Positions 37,611-52,199 of a stretch of DNA of 64,000 bases are shown in pieces (positions within the stretch are counted from its first letter, which is position 1; each line of letters starts with the position of its first letter). This DNA is from Bigelowiella natans CCMP2755 (lineage: Eukaryota > Protista > Cercozoa): assembly GCA_000320545.1 (NCBI GenBank), contig ADNK01000697.1:124001-188000 (forward strand). Direction: 5' to 3'. Position numbers and translations under genes: made by a program. Under the pieces are notes generated by a model that saw only the letters and a list, made by a program, of their open reading frames with translations, did no database searches and was not told the DNA's origin.

Positions 37611-38608
37611 TCAGTCGCCAATCTTCTTCATTGTAAGTTTATGAGAATACAGAACAACGGGTTTTGTTGAAGCGCTATAAATTTGTGACACATCTGGACG
37701 TACGGGGCCCCCTCCCCTCTGAGTAAAAAACGTGGTTTGAATAATGCCAAGATTTGGTTTTTGCATCTTTGCCATATTAGCTGTCTGTGCATAACTATAA
37801 GTTACCATCGGCTGTCCAGAGTACACCATGGCTTCATTCGGTTGTATGTAACCTATGTATATACGAACAAGGTCCTCTCCTTTCAAATATACCATCACAC
37901 TGAAGACGCAGTAGTCGTTTGCGTACAAAGTTTCAATCGTACCAACGGTAGATATTGTGCCATCGATTCGTGAGGCGTCCACTCGATTGAATGTGTAGAG
38001 AAGCTGGTAGTCTGTTACCCAAATACAGTAAAAACTGAGAAAACATATCAGACCAACTTATTTGGGGAAAAGTATGACTTTGTTCATGTGGACGTGCGTC
38101 AACGACTACACCACCAACGCAGAGCATGAAGGAATCGCAACCTACATCACAACGCTCACGCACAATCATTGCACACTTGTACCCAGGACAAGCTCTTTGG
38201 ATCGCTTGTACTCTCCATAACCGAGATTTACCTGGGCGGAAGATGATGGTTACAGTGAATACTTGACAGCTATGGACATACGGCACATTTTTTGAGTTTT
38301 TCTAAAATTTGCACTAGCTATTGTCCAACGAATGCTATCGCCGTCTCCCAACAACTGACACCTACTACCGCTCGCATCATTCCTCACACCTGCCGAATAG
38401 ATTCCGATGTAATGAACAAAGGCGATGAGGGACCACCGCTGCCGTCATCCGACAATGACAACGACGGGGATGTGTCGAGCTGCTCGTCTTTGTTCGTTAA
38501 CTCGCTCTCACGGGCTGATTGTGACAAGTCGCAAAAATTTATTGTGGGGAGTAGCGTTCCTTGTTACGCAGGAAAGCATATATACATTATTGAGAATATA
38601 CAGAAATT

Positions 38609-38697
<89 letters not shown>

Positions 38698-38840
38698 TGT
38701 GCGAAATCAATCTCATACAACAAAGTCTTTCTGAATGGCATCTATGCGACAAAGAGAAGAAGGAGAGGAGTGTACCGTTGGTAAACAGTTCGATCCGAGC
38801 CGCGTTTCGAGTTATCCCTACGTTGAAGAAGCAAGCGGGA

Positions 38841-38886
<46 letters not shown>

Positions 38887-40626
38887 ACCATGAAGGTTTG
38901 GCACGGGATCCGTCACAAAAAACGAGTGAGACATATTTAGTTCGGCTGATTCCTTTCGAAAAATCTCCTAAAATATTCATTTTCCTTTTCACTATATTCT
39001 TACTTACCCTGGCGAAGATCAATCGTGACCCTGTTTGGGTTTTTGCGTGCATCATAGGCGATGTTCTCCACCTGTGCAGTAATAAGCAGCTGTAGTGAGC
39101 TATCGTTGAAATACAGGGTTGCTAGCGTAGCGCTCATTGCGACGCTATGTGATACCGCGCCTGGCTGCGTATAGGAGTTTATGATGGATCGGAGATTCGA
39201 CGATAAATCGGCGACGATTCTGTCTGCGGAAAACAATACGCATAATGTTAGAACAATCAATACCGACCCGTCCGCCATCGCCTTCAATTCAAAAAATACA
39301 TACTAATGTCGTGATGTGCATCTAGGCACGGTCATTTTTTCCCTGGCTAACTACACAACCAGAGTCCTTGATGAATTTCAACTGATACGAATAGTCGGCA
39401 CCTAGGTGGGTCGATAGCATCCGAATAAATCATACATTTCTAGGATAGCTGAAACTTTGCACATCTACGCAGCAAGTGTTCAAATTTCTCTTCCAGGTTG
39501 CTAATACAGACCAATGTCAGGGATGTAGGCCACGGACACTTTCTGAAACCTGAAGATGATACGCATTTAAACGTTTTAATATGGCGTGGAATTGAATCAT
39601 AGCCTCATTGTCTCAAAATGCCATACCCAGGGACTGAAACGTCTTTCACAAGTTGGGACTTTGGAATGCTGCTCGGAAACTCGAACCTGCCGTCAATATT
39701 CAGCACATTAAGAAGTTGGAGAACGTGTGTGTGTAAAGAAAATACGAATATTTTATTCTTGCGCACGCTAATGCGGTATCCTAGTTCGTATATCTTGTAA
39801 TGTACGATGGGGACATAGTCTCAGTAGCATGCTAATTTGCGACAAATACCCTTCGAACTTCGCCTGAACTTCCCACGTTCCCTTGAAACGCAATTTATAA
39901 TGATTTCCAAGAACACAGTAAAATATTGGGAATCAGTAGATGGCACGTTTCGATAACAACATCAGATTCAGCGCAAAATCGCGAAAGCTGGAAGAGCATC
40001 TTACCTCCATCCAACTCGGATATTCTTGAACGCCTTTGTACACGCAAAGAAGATTATTGGTACACGTGCTACTAACGGCAATGAATATGTTCCACAGACC
40101 TGGGATACGATTGAAGACTGCTTTATCCAATCGGCGTTTCTCGAGTCGCTCTCTCAGTGTTGCTAATAGAACAATTCGTAGCGGTGGGTGATACCAGGAA
40201 CTTCCGAAAGCATCCAGAATATTTCTCAAAGTTACTATATATCTATTATTTGTATCTAGTGAACAACCAAAATACATCAAGTTTCGTATGCTGTTAGGCG
40301 ATTGTACATGCTTCCGCGCTTTTGAGATAGATGGACGATAGTAGAATCCCTCCGAGGGTACGACGGCGCCCCAGTCTTCGTCCATTCTGGCCACAGCCAT
40401 GAGTTGCTCTATCCACTAGAATACGGCTAGTTTGGAGCTTTGAAAATCGTCGAGGAACTGCGCTTGAAGGATGGAGGGCGACCATCACTATGAGGGCGAA
40501 GCACTGAACTCGCCCAGTATGCCTACACAACCACGCATTTGTTTGGTTCGAACGAAAGGGAAGGGTTTCTCACACAATAAATCCACCGTACCAAAGCCTA
40601 GGTGAGGTGGCTTGATGCAGTCTCAT
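37611..40626 (-). CDS. DUF6816-like (cyanobacterial/algal) protein, probably plastid-targeted
   Basis: Spliced motifs VQEYPSWME|GTWEV, YQLKFIKD..RIVADLSSNLRSIINSY, VENIAYDARKNPNRVTIDL, RIELFTN|..RESE..FITSESIRQ resemble DUF6816 as I recall it (YPxWxxGxW; V.DR.FN; dp.NPNR; FiTsE..rQ). N-terminus has a hydrophobic stretch CFALIVMVALHPSSA followed by an Arg/Ser-rich segment. Confidence 0.65.
38614..38701. repeat. Compound intronic microsatellite (TA)n-(TC)n-(TG)n, representative of dozens of intronic SSRs
   Basis: Directly visible; similar SSRs at ~2462, 3966, 5389, 5924, 7289, 12277, 15809, 30083, 49384, 56381. Confidence 0.95.
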
Positions 40627-41024
40627 CCTCGATATACGCTCGCGGGACGTTGCTGCTCCGGGTTCGTAGCTCCTGGCACGTTGACACGTGAATGGCACGT
40701 AGAGGAGTGAGAGCGATTGCGTAAAAAAATACAATATGGGTAAAAGAGTTGTCGCAAGGTAGAAACCCCACCAATAATGGAATTTCCGTCCTTCATTTTC
40801 CGGGAGAGGAATCCTATCCGGTAGTACCCGTTATTTGTTTCCAGCGACCTGGTGGTGATGGCCGGGCCTGGTTGGCGCGAAGGTGTTTGGATTTGTAGAT
40901 TCCAAAGGGGGGGGAGGGAACTCAGATCTGGAGGCCTTGAGGACAGATGGAATCATTTTTTTTTGTAATTTAGGATGAAAATCTGGACGGGAAATTGCAC
41001 GGGTAACGGGTAGGAGTGGAGGGG

Positions 41025-44000
41025 ATGAGCGCTTGGGACGTGGAGGACGACGGCTTCTTCGATGCAAACTTCGAAGCAATAGACGCCGCCTTGTGTGCAG
41101 CAGAGAGTTCTGCAGGGAACAAAAATGAAAACGCGAAAAGAAGCAACTGTAGTGAAGGGGATGATCCAAATAATAATACCCATCGTAAGGAGATATCCAC
41201 ACGGTGCTTCGTGTTGCCCAAGAACCGCTACTGCAACGCTGCCAACAACCTCACCCAGCCTAGCAAGTGGCCAGATAAAAGGAAACCGTTGGGCAATGTT
41301 TCAGTAAATGCCCAAAGTATCCCAACTAATGGACAGTCTCAGAGTGATTTCCAGTCTTCTGGTTCAAGCGGAAATAAACTACAGTTTTCGTCTTCTTCCT
41401 CCTCTTCATCGGCTTTTATGCCGGACATGTACAACCGGCATCAGAAAACGATGGGAAACTTTTTTGTCTCTAGGGCCAAGGAGTTCTCAGTGGATGAAAT
41501 TGAGAAAATGGTTGGCGAGTACAATAAAGACTCCCCCGTCCCTCTTGATGCACAGGCCGCTCAAGCTTGGGTATATCCAACAGATCGTGAGGTTCGGAAG
41601 TATCAGCTGGTGAGCCATTACTCGAGTTTCAGACAATACATTTCTTCCGATTTTTGTAGATTAGAAAGCATCGAGAAACTCTGGCTTTGTGACGTAATTG
41701 TGGTGATTGCTTAGGACATTGCGAAAGCATGCCTGACCAGAAATACGCTCGTTGTGCTTCCGACGGTCTGTATACTGATTAGCTTCGTCACATTTTGCAT
41801 AAATTACGTCTTTCTGGAAATATTTTTTTAGCAGGTGCCGTCTCATGTGACATTTCTTGCTATTTTTCTTATGTCACTCAGGGCCTCGGAAAAACGCTGA
41901 TTGCGGCTGTCGTAATGTACTGCTGCAATGTTACTAATTAAATTTAAAATAGAACAGTCCTCACAAACGCAATCCTGTTAGGTACAATTTTTATCGGTGG
42001 TATCCGACGGGAAAGTGCGTATTCCTAGCAACCACGAGGCCGCTGGTCTCTCAGCAAATCAGGGCCTTCCATGAAATCATGCATATTCCGCAGGAGCATT
42101 CTCACCGAATGTTTGGAAAGGTTTGTTTTTATAGTTTCATCTCGAAAATTTTGGTTTTATGCCTCGTTATGTCCCGTTCAGATACACAGCGTTGTTACGA
42201 TGATCATTTTCTCTCTCGGAGTGTGTGCGTTTTATTTTTGGGTTGCATTGAGAGTTACTGGGATGGTGAGCAAGACCGATGGTGTGAGAAATAAGGCGTA
42301 AAGACGCTGCTCCGTAGAAAGTAGAATTTAGTAAGGGCATCGCACATCTAACATCTCCCTCTCACCTGTCTCTCAGGTAGTGAAGAAGAAACGCCAGGCT
42401 GTATGGAAAGATCCAACACGGCGAGTGCTCTTCTGCACGCCGCAAGCATTCCAAAGCGATATAAACTCTGGAAATGTCCCTCTCGACAAAATAGTCTGCA
42501 TCGTAATCGATGAGGCCCACCATGCAACAGGAGATCACGCCTACGTCAACACCATCCGAGAAGTGGCCCGCGCAACGGATCGTTTCCGTATCATCGGCCT
42601 CTCCGCCACTCCGGGAAAAGACGTGGAGACGGTACAAACGGTGGTGAGGAATTTACGATGTCGCCAGGTGATTCATTGCAGCTGGTGGGCGGGACAGTTA
42701 TGGTGAAGAATATTGGGTGGTTTAGGAAAGTTTCTCTTGAGAAGCAGATTTTACATCCAATTGTAGAAAATATAAATTATATAAAATGTATATACATAAT
42801 ATGAAACTTGTGCTTCGTACATGATTACTTTTGTGTCAGATCGAAATCCGCGACGATGAGGATCCGGATGTGAAACGATACATCCACGGCAAGTCATTCC
42901 AGCTCGTAGTCTGTAAAATGAGCCCAGAGATCCGCAACGTTCTCAATCTTCTCCATGGCATGATCGGCAGGCTCGTAGGAGCATTGTCGCGAGTGCGGGC
43001 GGCACCCTTTGTCAGCCCTCCTAACGCTTCCAAGTTTCTATTCGTAAGAAGTTGGACCGAATTTCGTGGAAGGCCAGGAGTTGACCTTAGCCGTGAGCAG
43101 GTGACGAGGGCAAATGGTCACTTTACCACTGTGATCAAGCTCATTGATGCGAGGGATAAGCTCAGAAACTACGGAATTCGAAGCTGTCAGCAGCATCTGC
43201 TCACCAACATTGTGAATGCGGACAGGAAGAAGGTAGGCCTGTTTGAATGCCGGCGCTCCAGGGAGTTTGGCCACATTATGACGCTGATCGACGAGATGCT
43301 CGCGCGCGGGGAGACGCATCCTAAGATCCCCCAGCTCCGCAACCTGCTGCTGGAGCATTTTGAGGCCCATGAGGATGCAACCAGGCGGAATAGCAGTGGC
43401 AATTGCAAGGGAGGGGAGGGCGACGACAGCGTGTACAAAAAGGATGTTGCTGATGGCTCAAAGTCATCGACTACGAAGGCAATCGTCTTTACACAGTATA
43501 GAGACAGTGTGGCGGACATCGTGCGCTTTCTTCGCGCCTCGGAGCCAGTGATTCGGCCGGTGGAATTCATCGGACAGGCACAAAAGAAGGATGGGAAGGT
43601 ATATTATCGTCGTCATTGTCGTCGTCGTCCTCAATGACTACACAGCGACATGTTCACCCACATAGGCACGAGAATCTCCATTCCGCCATGTTATTGAAAA
43701 CACGAATGTGTATGTGCTATAATTGTTGACAGGGACTGACTCAGAAGCAGCAAGCTAAGGTTCTCCGCAGATTCCACGCAGGAGAGGTGAACGTGTTGGT
43801 CGCTACCTGCATCGCAGAGGAGGGGCTAGACATCGGCGAAGTGGATCTCATCGTAGCATTCGACGTGAGCAAGTCCAAGATACGCACCGTGCAGCGCATG
43901 GGACGCACCGGCCGCAAACGCTCCGGCAAGTGCATCACGTTGGTCAGCGAGGGAAAGGAGGAGGAGGATTACAAGAAAAGTATGCGCGAGGCTCGCAATG

Positions 44001-45875
44001 GACTCCGCCGGCTGAAAGGCCACATCCTCCGCAAGCTAGAGCTCCAATTCAGCACCAACCACAGGATGCTTCCCAAAGGCTATTTTCCCCGCCTTGAGCA
44101 GAAGGAGCTCGCGAACAGCCAGAAGTACGTCACGCTCACACAGGAGAAGCGGGAGGCCAGGGAAGCACGCCGTGCCAGGTCTGCAGGGGGGGGGGCGTTC
44201 GCTTTAATCCCTTCGGAAAGGAAGTGGCTCACGGATCATTACAAGCTCAATGAAGAGGAGCTGGTAGCATTCCGAGAGCAGAATACGCTTCGACTCGACT
44301 CTTTCCCTGAGCTCCAGAGTACTCCAACAACATTTCACAAGGTGAACAAGCGCGCCCGTCACGGATTCAGGCGTCGCTGGCTGTCATTTGCTCTTTATCA
44401 TCATCATCATCATCATAATAACACGTCATTTTATTCTCCTTTCTTGTAAACAACACGTATGTTAGGTGGCCCATTCTTCCATGACGCAGATCTTCTGCCG
44501 CATGATGTCGCTCATCCAATCAGGGACTTTTCAAGAAGGCCTTTGGGAGGGCCAAAGGGAGGAGGAATGGGGGCACGCCAAAGAGCGCTACAACGCTCTG
44601 GAGGACGAAATGGAGCATCATGAGGATGATGATATTTGCAAAGGACAATGCAAGGACGATAATGAGAGATTCGGGAGGCGTGAGGGGAAAGAAGTACCCG
44701 ACCATATTGCATCCGAGTACCTAGGAGAGAGCAATCAAGCAACACACCCAACAAATGAGTACGACGTTGAAGATCATAGAGGAGGCAGTGTTGATGGTGG
44801 TGATGATTATGATGATGATGACGATGAGGATCATATCGGAGGAGGAGAAGATCCTATGCAAATCGTCGATGGTGGGAAGGTACAGAGAGAGCAAGATGAA
44901 ACTTGCTCAGGAATACAGTCATGGTTTGAAGAAGACGGAGGGGGGGGAGGAGAAGAGCAAACAGCAGGAAAAATGGAAAAGAGAAATGTCGCCCATTTTT
45001 CGGTGAACAGAGCGAATCAGCAGCAAGGCAACGCCTCTTCCTCCTCAAAAGCTACGATCCCTACTTTCCAGGAAGAAAAGAAACGAAGAAAGCTTATCTG
45101 GCATGGTAGGGAACGAAGGCCTGTTGCTGCAGCACCCACAGAAATAGTCCACCAGTCCATTGAAGCATCCTCCTCTCAGAGCTTCGATTCACTGCTCACA
45201 ACCGAGTGGTCGGAGTGCAAGAACGGGGGGGGGGCGACTGCCGGGATAGAAAAAGCGACGAAGACGAAGATAAAGAAGAAAAAGAAGACTAACCGGCAGA
45301 AGAACAAGAAGAAGAAGAAGCAAAAACAAGAGGAAGATCCTTCAAAACCAACCCCTGCACGCCGTTGGCGGAGTGATCCGGAAAAGCAAAACAACTCGGC
45401 AAGGGCGAGTGGTGGTCCAGTGGGGGGAGGGGGCGCGGGGAAGAATAGAATCACTAAATATTTTAAGATGACGCCCGGTACATGCTCCTTTAAGAAGGTC
45501 CTAGCGCACTCAGATGCATCAAGCAAAGAAGAGAAACAAACTGGAAGAGCGCTCGTCAATCGACAGCAGCGCTCCCAAAGGAAAGAGGCCAACAGAGGCA
45601 CAAATAGCGGCAGTGATGTGCAGAGCAGCGATAGAAATGAATTATCGACCAAGAAGAAAAAGAGCAGCAACTGGACTTGCTCAGCTTGTACGTTTATCAA
45701 TATACCTCGTGCTTCTATATGCAAGATTTGCGGCACAGAGAAGATCAGTGATTCTATCCCGCAGCCTAGGGACTGTATTGGGAAATCCTTAGCCGCAGTC
45801 GCCCCCCCTCAATCATCTGAAAGATTTTCTAATGTAAGCTCAAATGCTAATTTTCTTTAATGATTAAAATTACAA

Positions 45876-45918
<43 letters not shown>

Positions 45919-48521
45919 TTCTCTAATAATCACTCTCCTCCAAAAAAACAGACGCTCCGTCAATCAGCAACACCAGTTATAGGGCGCAAGCCTTTACCAC
46001 CACCATCATCGTCATCATCATCAGAATTCGCAGTTAGATTGAACAACTCGCCGAGGCAGCATCATCATCATCATTCTAAGAACGGCGCATCATCAAGTCG
46101 CAACAACGTCGTCGGTTCCAATGCCACAATAACCAAACGCAGGCTATTTCGACCAGAATTGCTCGTCCTACACCTCCTCGACAACTCCGACCCATGGCAA
46201 AAAGCGCGTGGCTTGCTACGATTCACTTCAGCTGCTTCTTCAGATTCTAACGCAATGTTCGGCAAAATGTGTATTGGCAACATCTTTGGCCGTGGTGACG
46301 GTAGTGGTAGTAATGGTGGTAGTGGTAGTAGTAGTAGTAGTAGTAGTAGCGAAATCCGAAAGAGCTTATCGATCTTCAACTTGGGGGTTGCTCCACCTGA
46401 AACCTCAAACTTTAAGAGGATTGTTCTTCGGGAGGGACAACACGCTCCTGCTAAGACAAAGACGTCAGCCAGGAACATCAAAAGAATGAAGAAGAAGAAG
46501 AAGAAGCAGCAGCGGAAAGAACAGCAGAAGACCCTATCTTCCTCTGCCGTCTCACCTTCACCAGCTGCTCCATCCACAATACGAAACAACACCCATGTAA
46601 TCGCTAAGTCAGGCTGCTCCTTCTCAAACCTTTGCCAGTCCTCCCCCTCCCCTAAATACAAGAAACATTTTCGAGCTCCCAAGGACAAGTCATTCGCCTC
46701 AACCGCGTCGTCTTCTTCACGAAAACGAGGGCGATCTCCACTCCCAAGCTTTGCGGTTGATGGCCAGCTCCTGCAGCGAATGTCGCCTCCAGATTCCGTG
46801 CGCACAATGAAGTCACGAAAGAGAAAATATCATGAGGAAAAATCGCGAGTCGTTGAGTCTCCTAGGAGCCTGTACACAGAGAGCAGCATCACTTCTTCGT
46901 GCAAGGTATTGACTCAAAGTTGCACGCTATTTTCAATATGCTTGCGTTTGGCCTGTCTTATGAAGTTTGTGTTTGTGTGGGTGTGTGGGTGTGTGTATGT
47001 GCACAACTTTATGAAACGTGTGCTGTCTTAGCTCGTATCTTCGGAAAGGAAGGTGATGATGGCAGGATATAACAGCAAACAGCAGCGGGAACGAACCCTC
47101 AAGAAACGAGTCATCATTTCTCCCGTCTCCACTCCAAAGTCCTCCTCCTCGGCCTCCCCCTCATCATCTCACAAATCGTTGGTTTCCGCATCCTCCTCCT
47201 CCTCGTATCCGAAGACGATTCTCAAGAAGTATTCCCCGGCTAGCAGTATGGCAGGAGGGGCAAGTAGTAGCCGGAGCGGACGCACAAAAGTCCTCTCGAA
47301 GCGACGGGTTTCGTGGGAAGATCAGGTTGAGAAAATAGCTTCTTCTTCTTATTCTGCTGCGGCGAAGATGTCTTCTTCACGTAAACTAGCACCTCGGAAT
47401 GCTGCGCTCTACCCTGGTAATGATAGAGCAGAGAGGGAGCTTTGTGGCCACCGTGTAACGAAAGAGGGGGGGGGGAAGGAAGATGAAGAGGGTGGGAAGG
47501 GGAGCAAAAACGACGTTGTGGATTTGGTCAATGGCCGAGCCAATTACAACGAAGACGATGCGAAAGGAGAGGAGGGGGGGGCGGGGGGTAATCTTCCTGC
47601 TTCCCGACAACTCGGAGCCAGTCGCCTATCTTCTAACGATATTACTAGTATTGGCGGAAAGAAGAAATTGAGGAGGTTGCGTCGAGTTGGTGATAGAGCG
47701 AAGATGAAGAAGAAGAAGAAGAGGAAAGAGGAGGAGAAGCAGAAGCGTGAGAGAACGATGGAGAGTAGTCGACGAATGCCACAACGACAGCCTCTACCGT
47801 CTCGATGGAATGTAATAAATAGTGATGAGGAGGAAGAGGGGGGGGGAGAAGAAGAGGAAGAAGAAGAAGAAGAAGTAGATGATGACGACGACTCAGTAAA
47901 GGAAAAGGGGTCTGACAACGACGATGATGCCTTTGACGATGGTGATAAGAATAATGGTGATTCTCACATTTGCGAAAGAAGACAGAAGCGAAAGCTACAA
48001 CGGAACAGGCGACAGCAATGTGGAGGAAAGCGGAAGAAGCCTTCGATTCACGAATTTATTGACTCCCAAGCATCAGCCTCGGATGGCAATAGTAATGATG
48101 ACGAGTCGGACGATTTGGACGGAACACTGGACAGCTTTATCGATAACCGTAGCGAAATCACACAACAGACTGCAGACAGCAACAGTGCGTTGGTTGGGGG
48201 GAGAGAGGGGGGGGGGGGGGGGGAGGAAGAGGGGAAGCAGATCGGAGGTGATACGCGTGCTTTCATTCCATATGTGTGCTAAATATACACAATGCAAACA
48301 CAACATAATAAAGCGGGCGGTACACTTATGCGTGTTGTATATGCGTTTGCGTTTCAGGCGGTTCTCCCTCTTCTCCTTCAAGGAAGCAGCATGGCCGTCA
48401 ATCGGTTGGCGGTGGCGCTGAAGATATGTCAGCTGTTTATCTTCGCTCCCTTCAAAGTCCTCCGTTCGAGAGGCATGCCTTCTCTCGCAGCGTGCTGCCA
48501 AAACGATTCAAAGGTATTGTT

Positions 48522-48560
<39 letters not shown>

Positions 48561-48934
48561 GCTTTCTATCTATCTATCTCTATCTCTCTTTGTGCGTGTG
48601 AGTGTTGGGGGGGAGGGAGGGTGAAGTTACGTGATCTGAGGAAGTAATCCACCTTGGTACTAGGGATCATAGATATAGCAGAGAAGTACGCCCGACGCGC
48701 CCATGACGCCAATGGCTACGGCTCCGAGATCATTGATGAAGAGGAAGAGGAGGAGGTTCGTGATAGGTCGTTTGTGACATGCTCATCTACTACTCCTTCC
48801 TCCGTTTGCTCTGCTACTGCTACTGCTACTGCTGCTGCTGCTGCTGGTGGTGCTGGTATTACTGCTGCTGCGGCGAAAACTGGAAAGGAGAACAACAGAA
48901 ACTTCAGACTCGGTTCCCGCCATCATATCGTCAT

Positions 48935-48965
<31 letters not shown>

Positions 48966-49428
48966 GTCTGCAGAAGCGATGATAGAGCAATGAAGTTGCT
49001 GAGTAGTAAAAATTACGGATGTCCCTCCGACGATTTGCAGGCAACCAGCAAGAGGCTTTTTGCGATGGGGGGGAAGAAGGAGCAGCAGCAGCAGCTGCGT
49101 ATGGGCGCATCTAGACGACCGGTTGAATCGATCGGCGGGGGCTTTGATGATGACGATTTCAACGATTTAGAAGAGGCTCTATGCAACATGCCAGGTAGTG
49201 TTGTGCTGCTGGTGTTGCTTGTATTTTGCCGCCATCAGCATCATCAGCATCATCAGCATCATCATCGATGTAAATGTCAATCCTCGTCGTAAAATGGGTT
49301 ATAGAGAAGTGAGAGTAGGGAAGGAGCATATGCATCATCTCACTAATGGGTAGTTTCGCATTCAGCACTAACACCAACAACACATCATCACCATTATTAT
49401 CATCACCATCATTATCATCACCATCATT

Positions 49429-49461
<33 letters not shown>

Positions 49462-52141
49462 TTAGAATCGGAGCTGCTTTCCCAGGCACCGACCTCCTCA
49501 AACCATGCTTCAGGAATCATCCCAGCCCAGACGACTCTACTAGATGATGATAATGATAAAAATAATGATGATGATGATGACAATGATAATGATAAAGGTA
49601 GGAGGGGAGGGGAGGATGGATACGAGGATGAGGAAGAACTCTCTCCCCTTCCCAACTTCTCACTTCGGAGTCGTAGAGACGGATTGGGCAGGAAGAGCGT
49701 AACGAACGAAATCTCCTCTGGGCCGTCTCTTAAGGGGGGGGGGCAGACGGTGGAAAGCAGCAGGGTGGAAGTTGGTGGAAAACAACAACAACAACAACAG
49801 CAGCAGCTTCGAACAGAACGAAGACGACAAAAACCCAAAAGAGCCCGACCTCCCGAAAGCAGCAGCAGCAGCAGCAGCAGCGAGGATGAAGACGATGACG
49901 ATGGAGACGAGGACGATCTTCCTTGCTTCACGCTTTCTGGATCCACCAAAAGACTGAAAGAACAACTTCATCGGGATGACGATAAAGCAAACAAGGAGAA
50001 CAGCAATCGTAGTAGCAGTAGCAATCCGAACACCAACATTTCTTCCACCTGGAGCAATACCAAAAAGACAGAGCTATCTGGGATTACATCGAAACAGAAT
50101 TCTTCTTCTTCTTCTTCTTCTTCGCTTCGTCCCCCCCCTGAGCCTCCAGACGGCGCTGAAGCAGATGTTGTAACGGTGGTGGTTGTGGATTCGAAGCAAA
50201 CCAACTGCATCTCCGTCTATAAGGAACTAAGAAAAAAGTAGTGCTTAGCAGCCCTAAGACCCAATCGAAGTCTTTAGTTGAGAATAGCTACATAGTAGTA
50301 GAACTAGGAGGAGTAGTTGTAGTAGTGGTTCTTGTTCTTCTTTTTCGTCTTGTTGTTGTTGTTGTTGTCTTTGTTGTTGTTGTGATACGCCTATCCGAGA
50401 GACCAATTGTGGATTGGTTGTGGTTGGTGTTGCCTTTTTGCTGTGTCGTTGTACGAAAAGTCATCAGCGCTTTTTCTCTATCTTCCCCTTTTTGAGAAGG
50501 ACAGACACAGCCTCTCACCCTTCTCTCTCTGGCAGCAGCAGCAGCAGCGTCATGTAGTTCGCCTCAAGGCTGTAATATTGTCTAAACTATTTGAACCGAA
50601 CTTACCTCCCATCTGCAATGATAAAAAAAAGGCGAATCGAGACATTAGTAACCAGCTTGCGTTGTGTGGATTTCATTGCCGGCCCTCGATGCGGAGTCCT
50701 TCGTTTCTCGAAGTCAGATATCAGCAAACGTGCCGCCGACAACGATAACACCTCGTGGAAGGCGCGGGTCCAAGATGCAGCCAGAATATTCGAAAAGGTG
50801 GTTGCTTATCTGCACAAAAAACTCGTTTGTCGCATAGGAATGATGAATACGCAAAGCATTGCAAACGTCTAGAGCAATGCGCCAATTGTTTAGTATATGT
50901 AAGCTGCCACACGATAACCGGAAGATATGCGTGTTTAGGTGGTTTTGGTTGTTCAAAATGACCATAAAAGGTCCGAAGCGTACATCGCGAAGATGGGGGA
51001 TAGGTGAGAGCATCATCGATTCCTATGTATCATCATCATCATCATCATCTAGCATTGGCAGTAGCAGCACTCGTACGCGTATCTTCTTCCTGCAATTGGT
51101 CGAAGCCTACTACTACCCAATATCGCTCACCACACAACAACAACATAGAGTTGTTTCAATCGTCTCTAAAGCATAGCCTTGCTATTTTAGTCCGTCCTAC
51201 CATCGGAACATAGCGAATCTGACAGCAACCCCAGGAATAGCAGTAATGTACAGTGATGATCCAAAGCACTCGGCGGAGCTGGTGAGCGTACTCACCCATA
51301 CTTTTATCGCGACGATGATGACGATGCTTTTCTTTTCAATGGCGTCCATGATTATGTTTGTGGCGATGAGAACGATGGGCATTCATTTGCATATTGTACA
51401 TCGGCAATGTCGCACGGTCGCGCGGATTTGTCTCCTTGGTTGCTCAGCTCTGTAACTCTCCGTCCTTCCTCTTCCTCCAATTCGCCCTGCTGCTTTCAGA
51501 TCTACAGCATATGCATTACGGAGCAGCGCCATCTGAAAGAGCGGATCGAGCTGTCTAAAGAGGTGTAACCATAGCACGCATGGCTTGCGTGCTGTATTAG
51601 CTATCTTTATGTTACTGCGTCGCCATATGTATAAAGATATATATATATATATATATATATATTCTCACAATATAGACTCAGAGTCGGTGGGTGTGTAAGT
51701 GCACGGGTTTTGAGGTGTGTGTGGCTGTGCGTGTGTGGCTGTGCGTCTTCGCATTACAGCTCAAAAGCGGAGATTGTAGTCTAGAGAAAGAGATACAGTT
51801 TCTGTGCTCGATTCCCGGAGTCCACTACGTGCATGCCTTGAGCTTACTAACAGAATTCAAATTCTGCCTAAGGTGAGCAATATTAACGTCCGTATGTCCC
51901 CTTTCACTGTTGATGAAACTATCTGTGAAGACTTATTCGATTTATTCTATAATTTCCTCACTAATCTGCCACTACTGCTTGCCAAAAAACAATTGTAAGG
52001 GACGCTCTTAACGCTCCGCTCAAGATTTTGGAAGAAAGGATGAGGAAGCATCTTATGTCCCCGATGAAATCGAGGAAATTCTACGAGTTTGTAAGGCGGG
52101 ATTACGATAAGAGCATGCTGCTGAAGAACCTACCTTCGTGA
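41025..52141 (+). CDS. FANCM: FANCM/Mph1-family DEAH helicase with C-terminal ERCC4-like and HhH domains; internal RanBP2/NZF zinc finger
   Basis: [17 protein letters not shown]|[12 protein letters not shown]|[57 protein letters not shown]-terminal [39 protein letters not shown]. Confidence 0.95.
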
Positions 52142-52199
52142 CATCGGATGTACTGTATGTAACTGCTCATATTCTTAATCTAAACTAAATGATAACGGG

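Noticed and set aside
39220-39278. Separate secreted gene starting MADGSVLIVLTLCVLFSA
   Set aside because: The 'signal peptide' is an intron (gtattg...ctaac...ttttccgcag); both sides join into one DUF6816-like gene.
2000-51000. Many ORF-track entries with poly-I/H/S/YI/CV/RE runs, and antisense ORFs over FANCM and the Sfi1-like gene
   Set aside because: Artefacts of intronic microsatellites and of stop-poor antisense frames.
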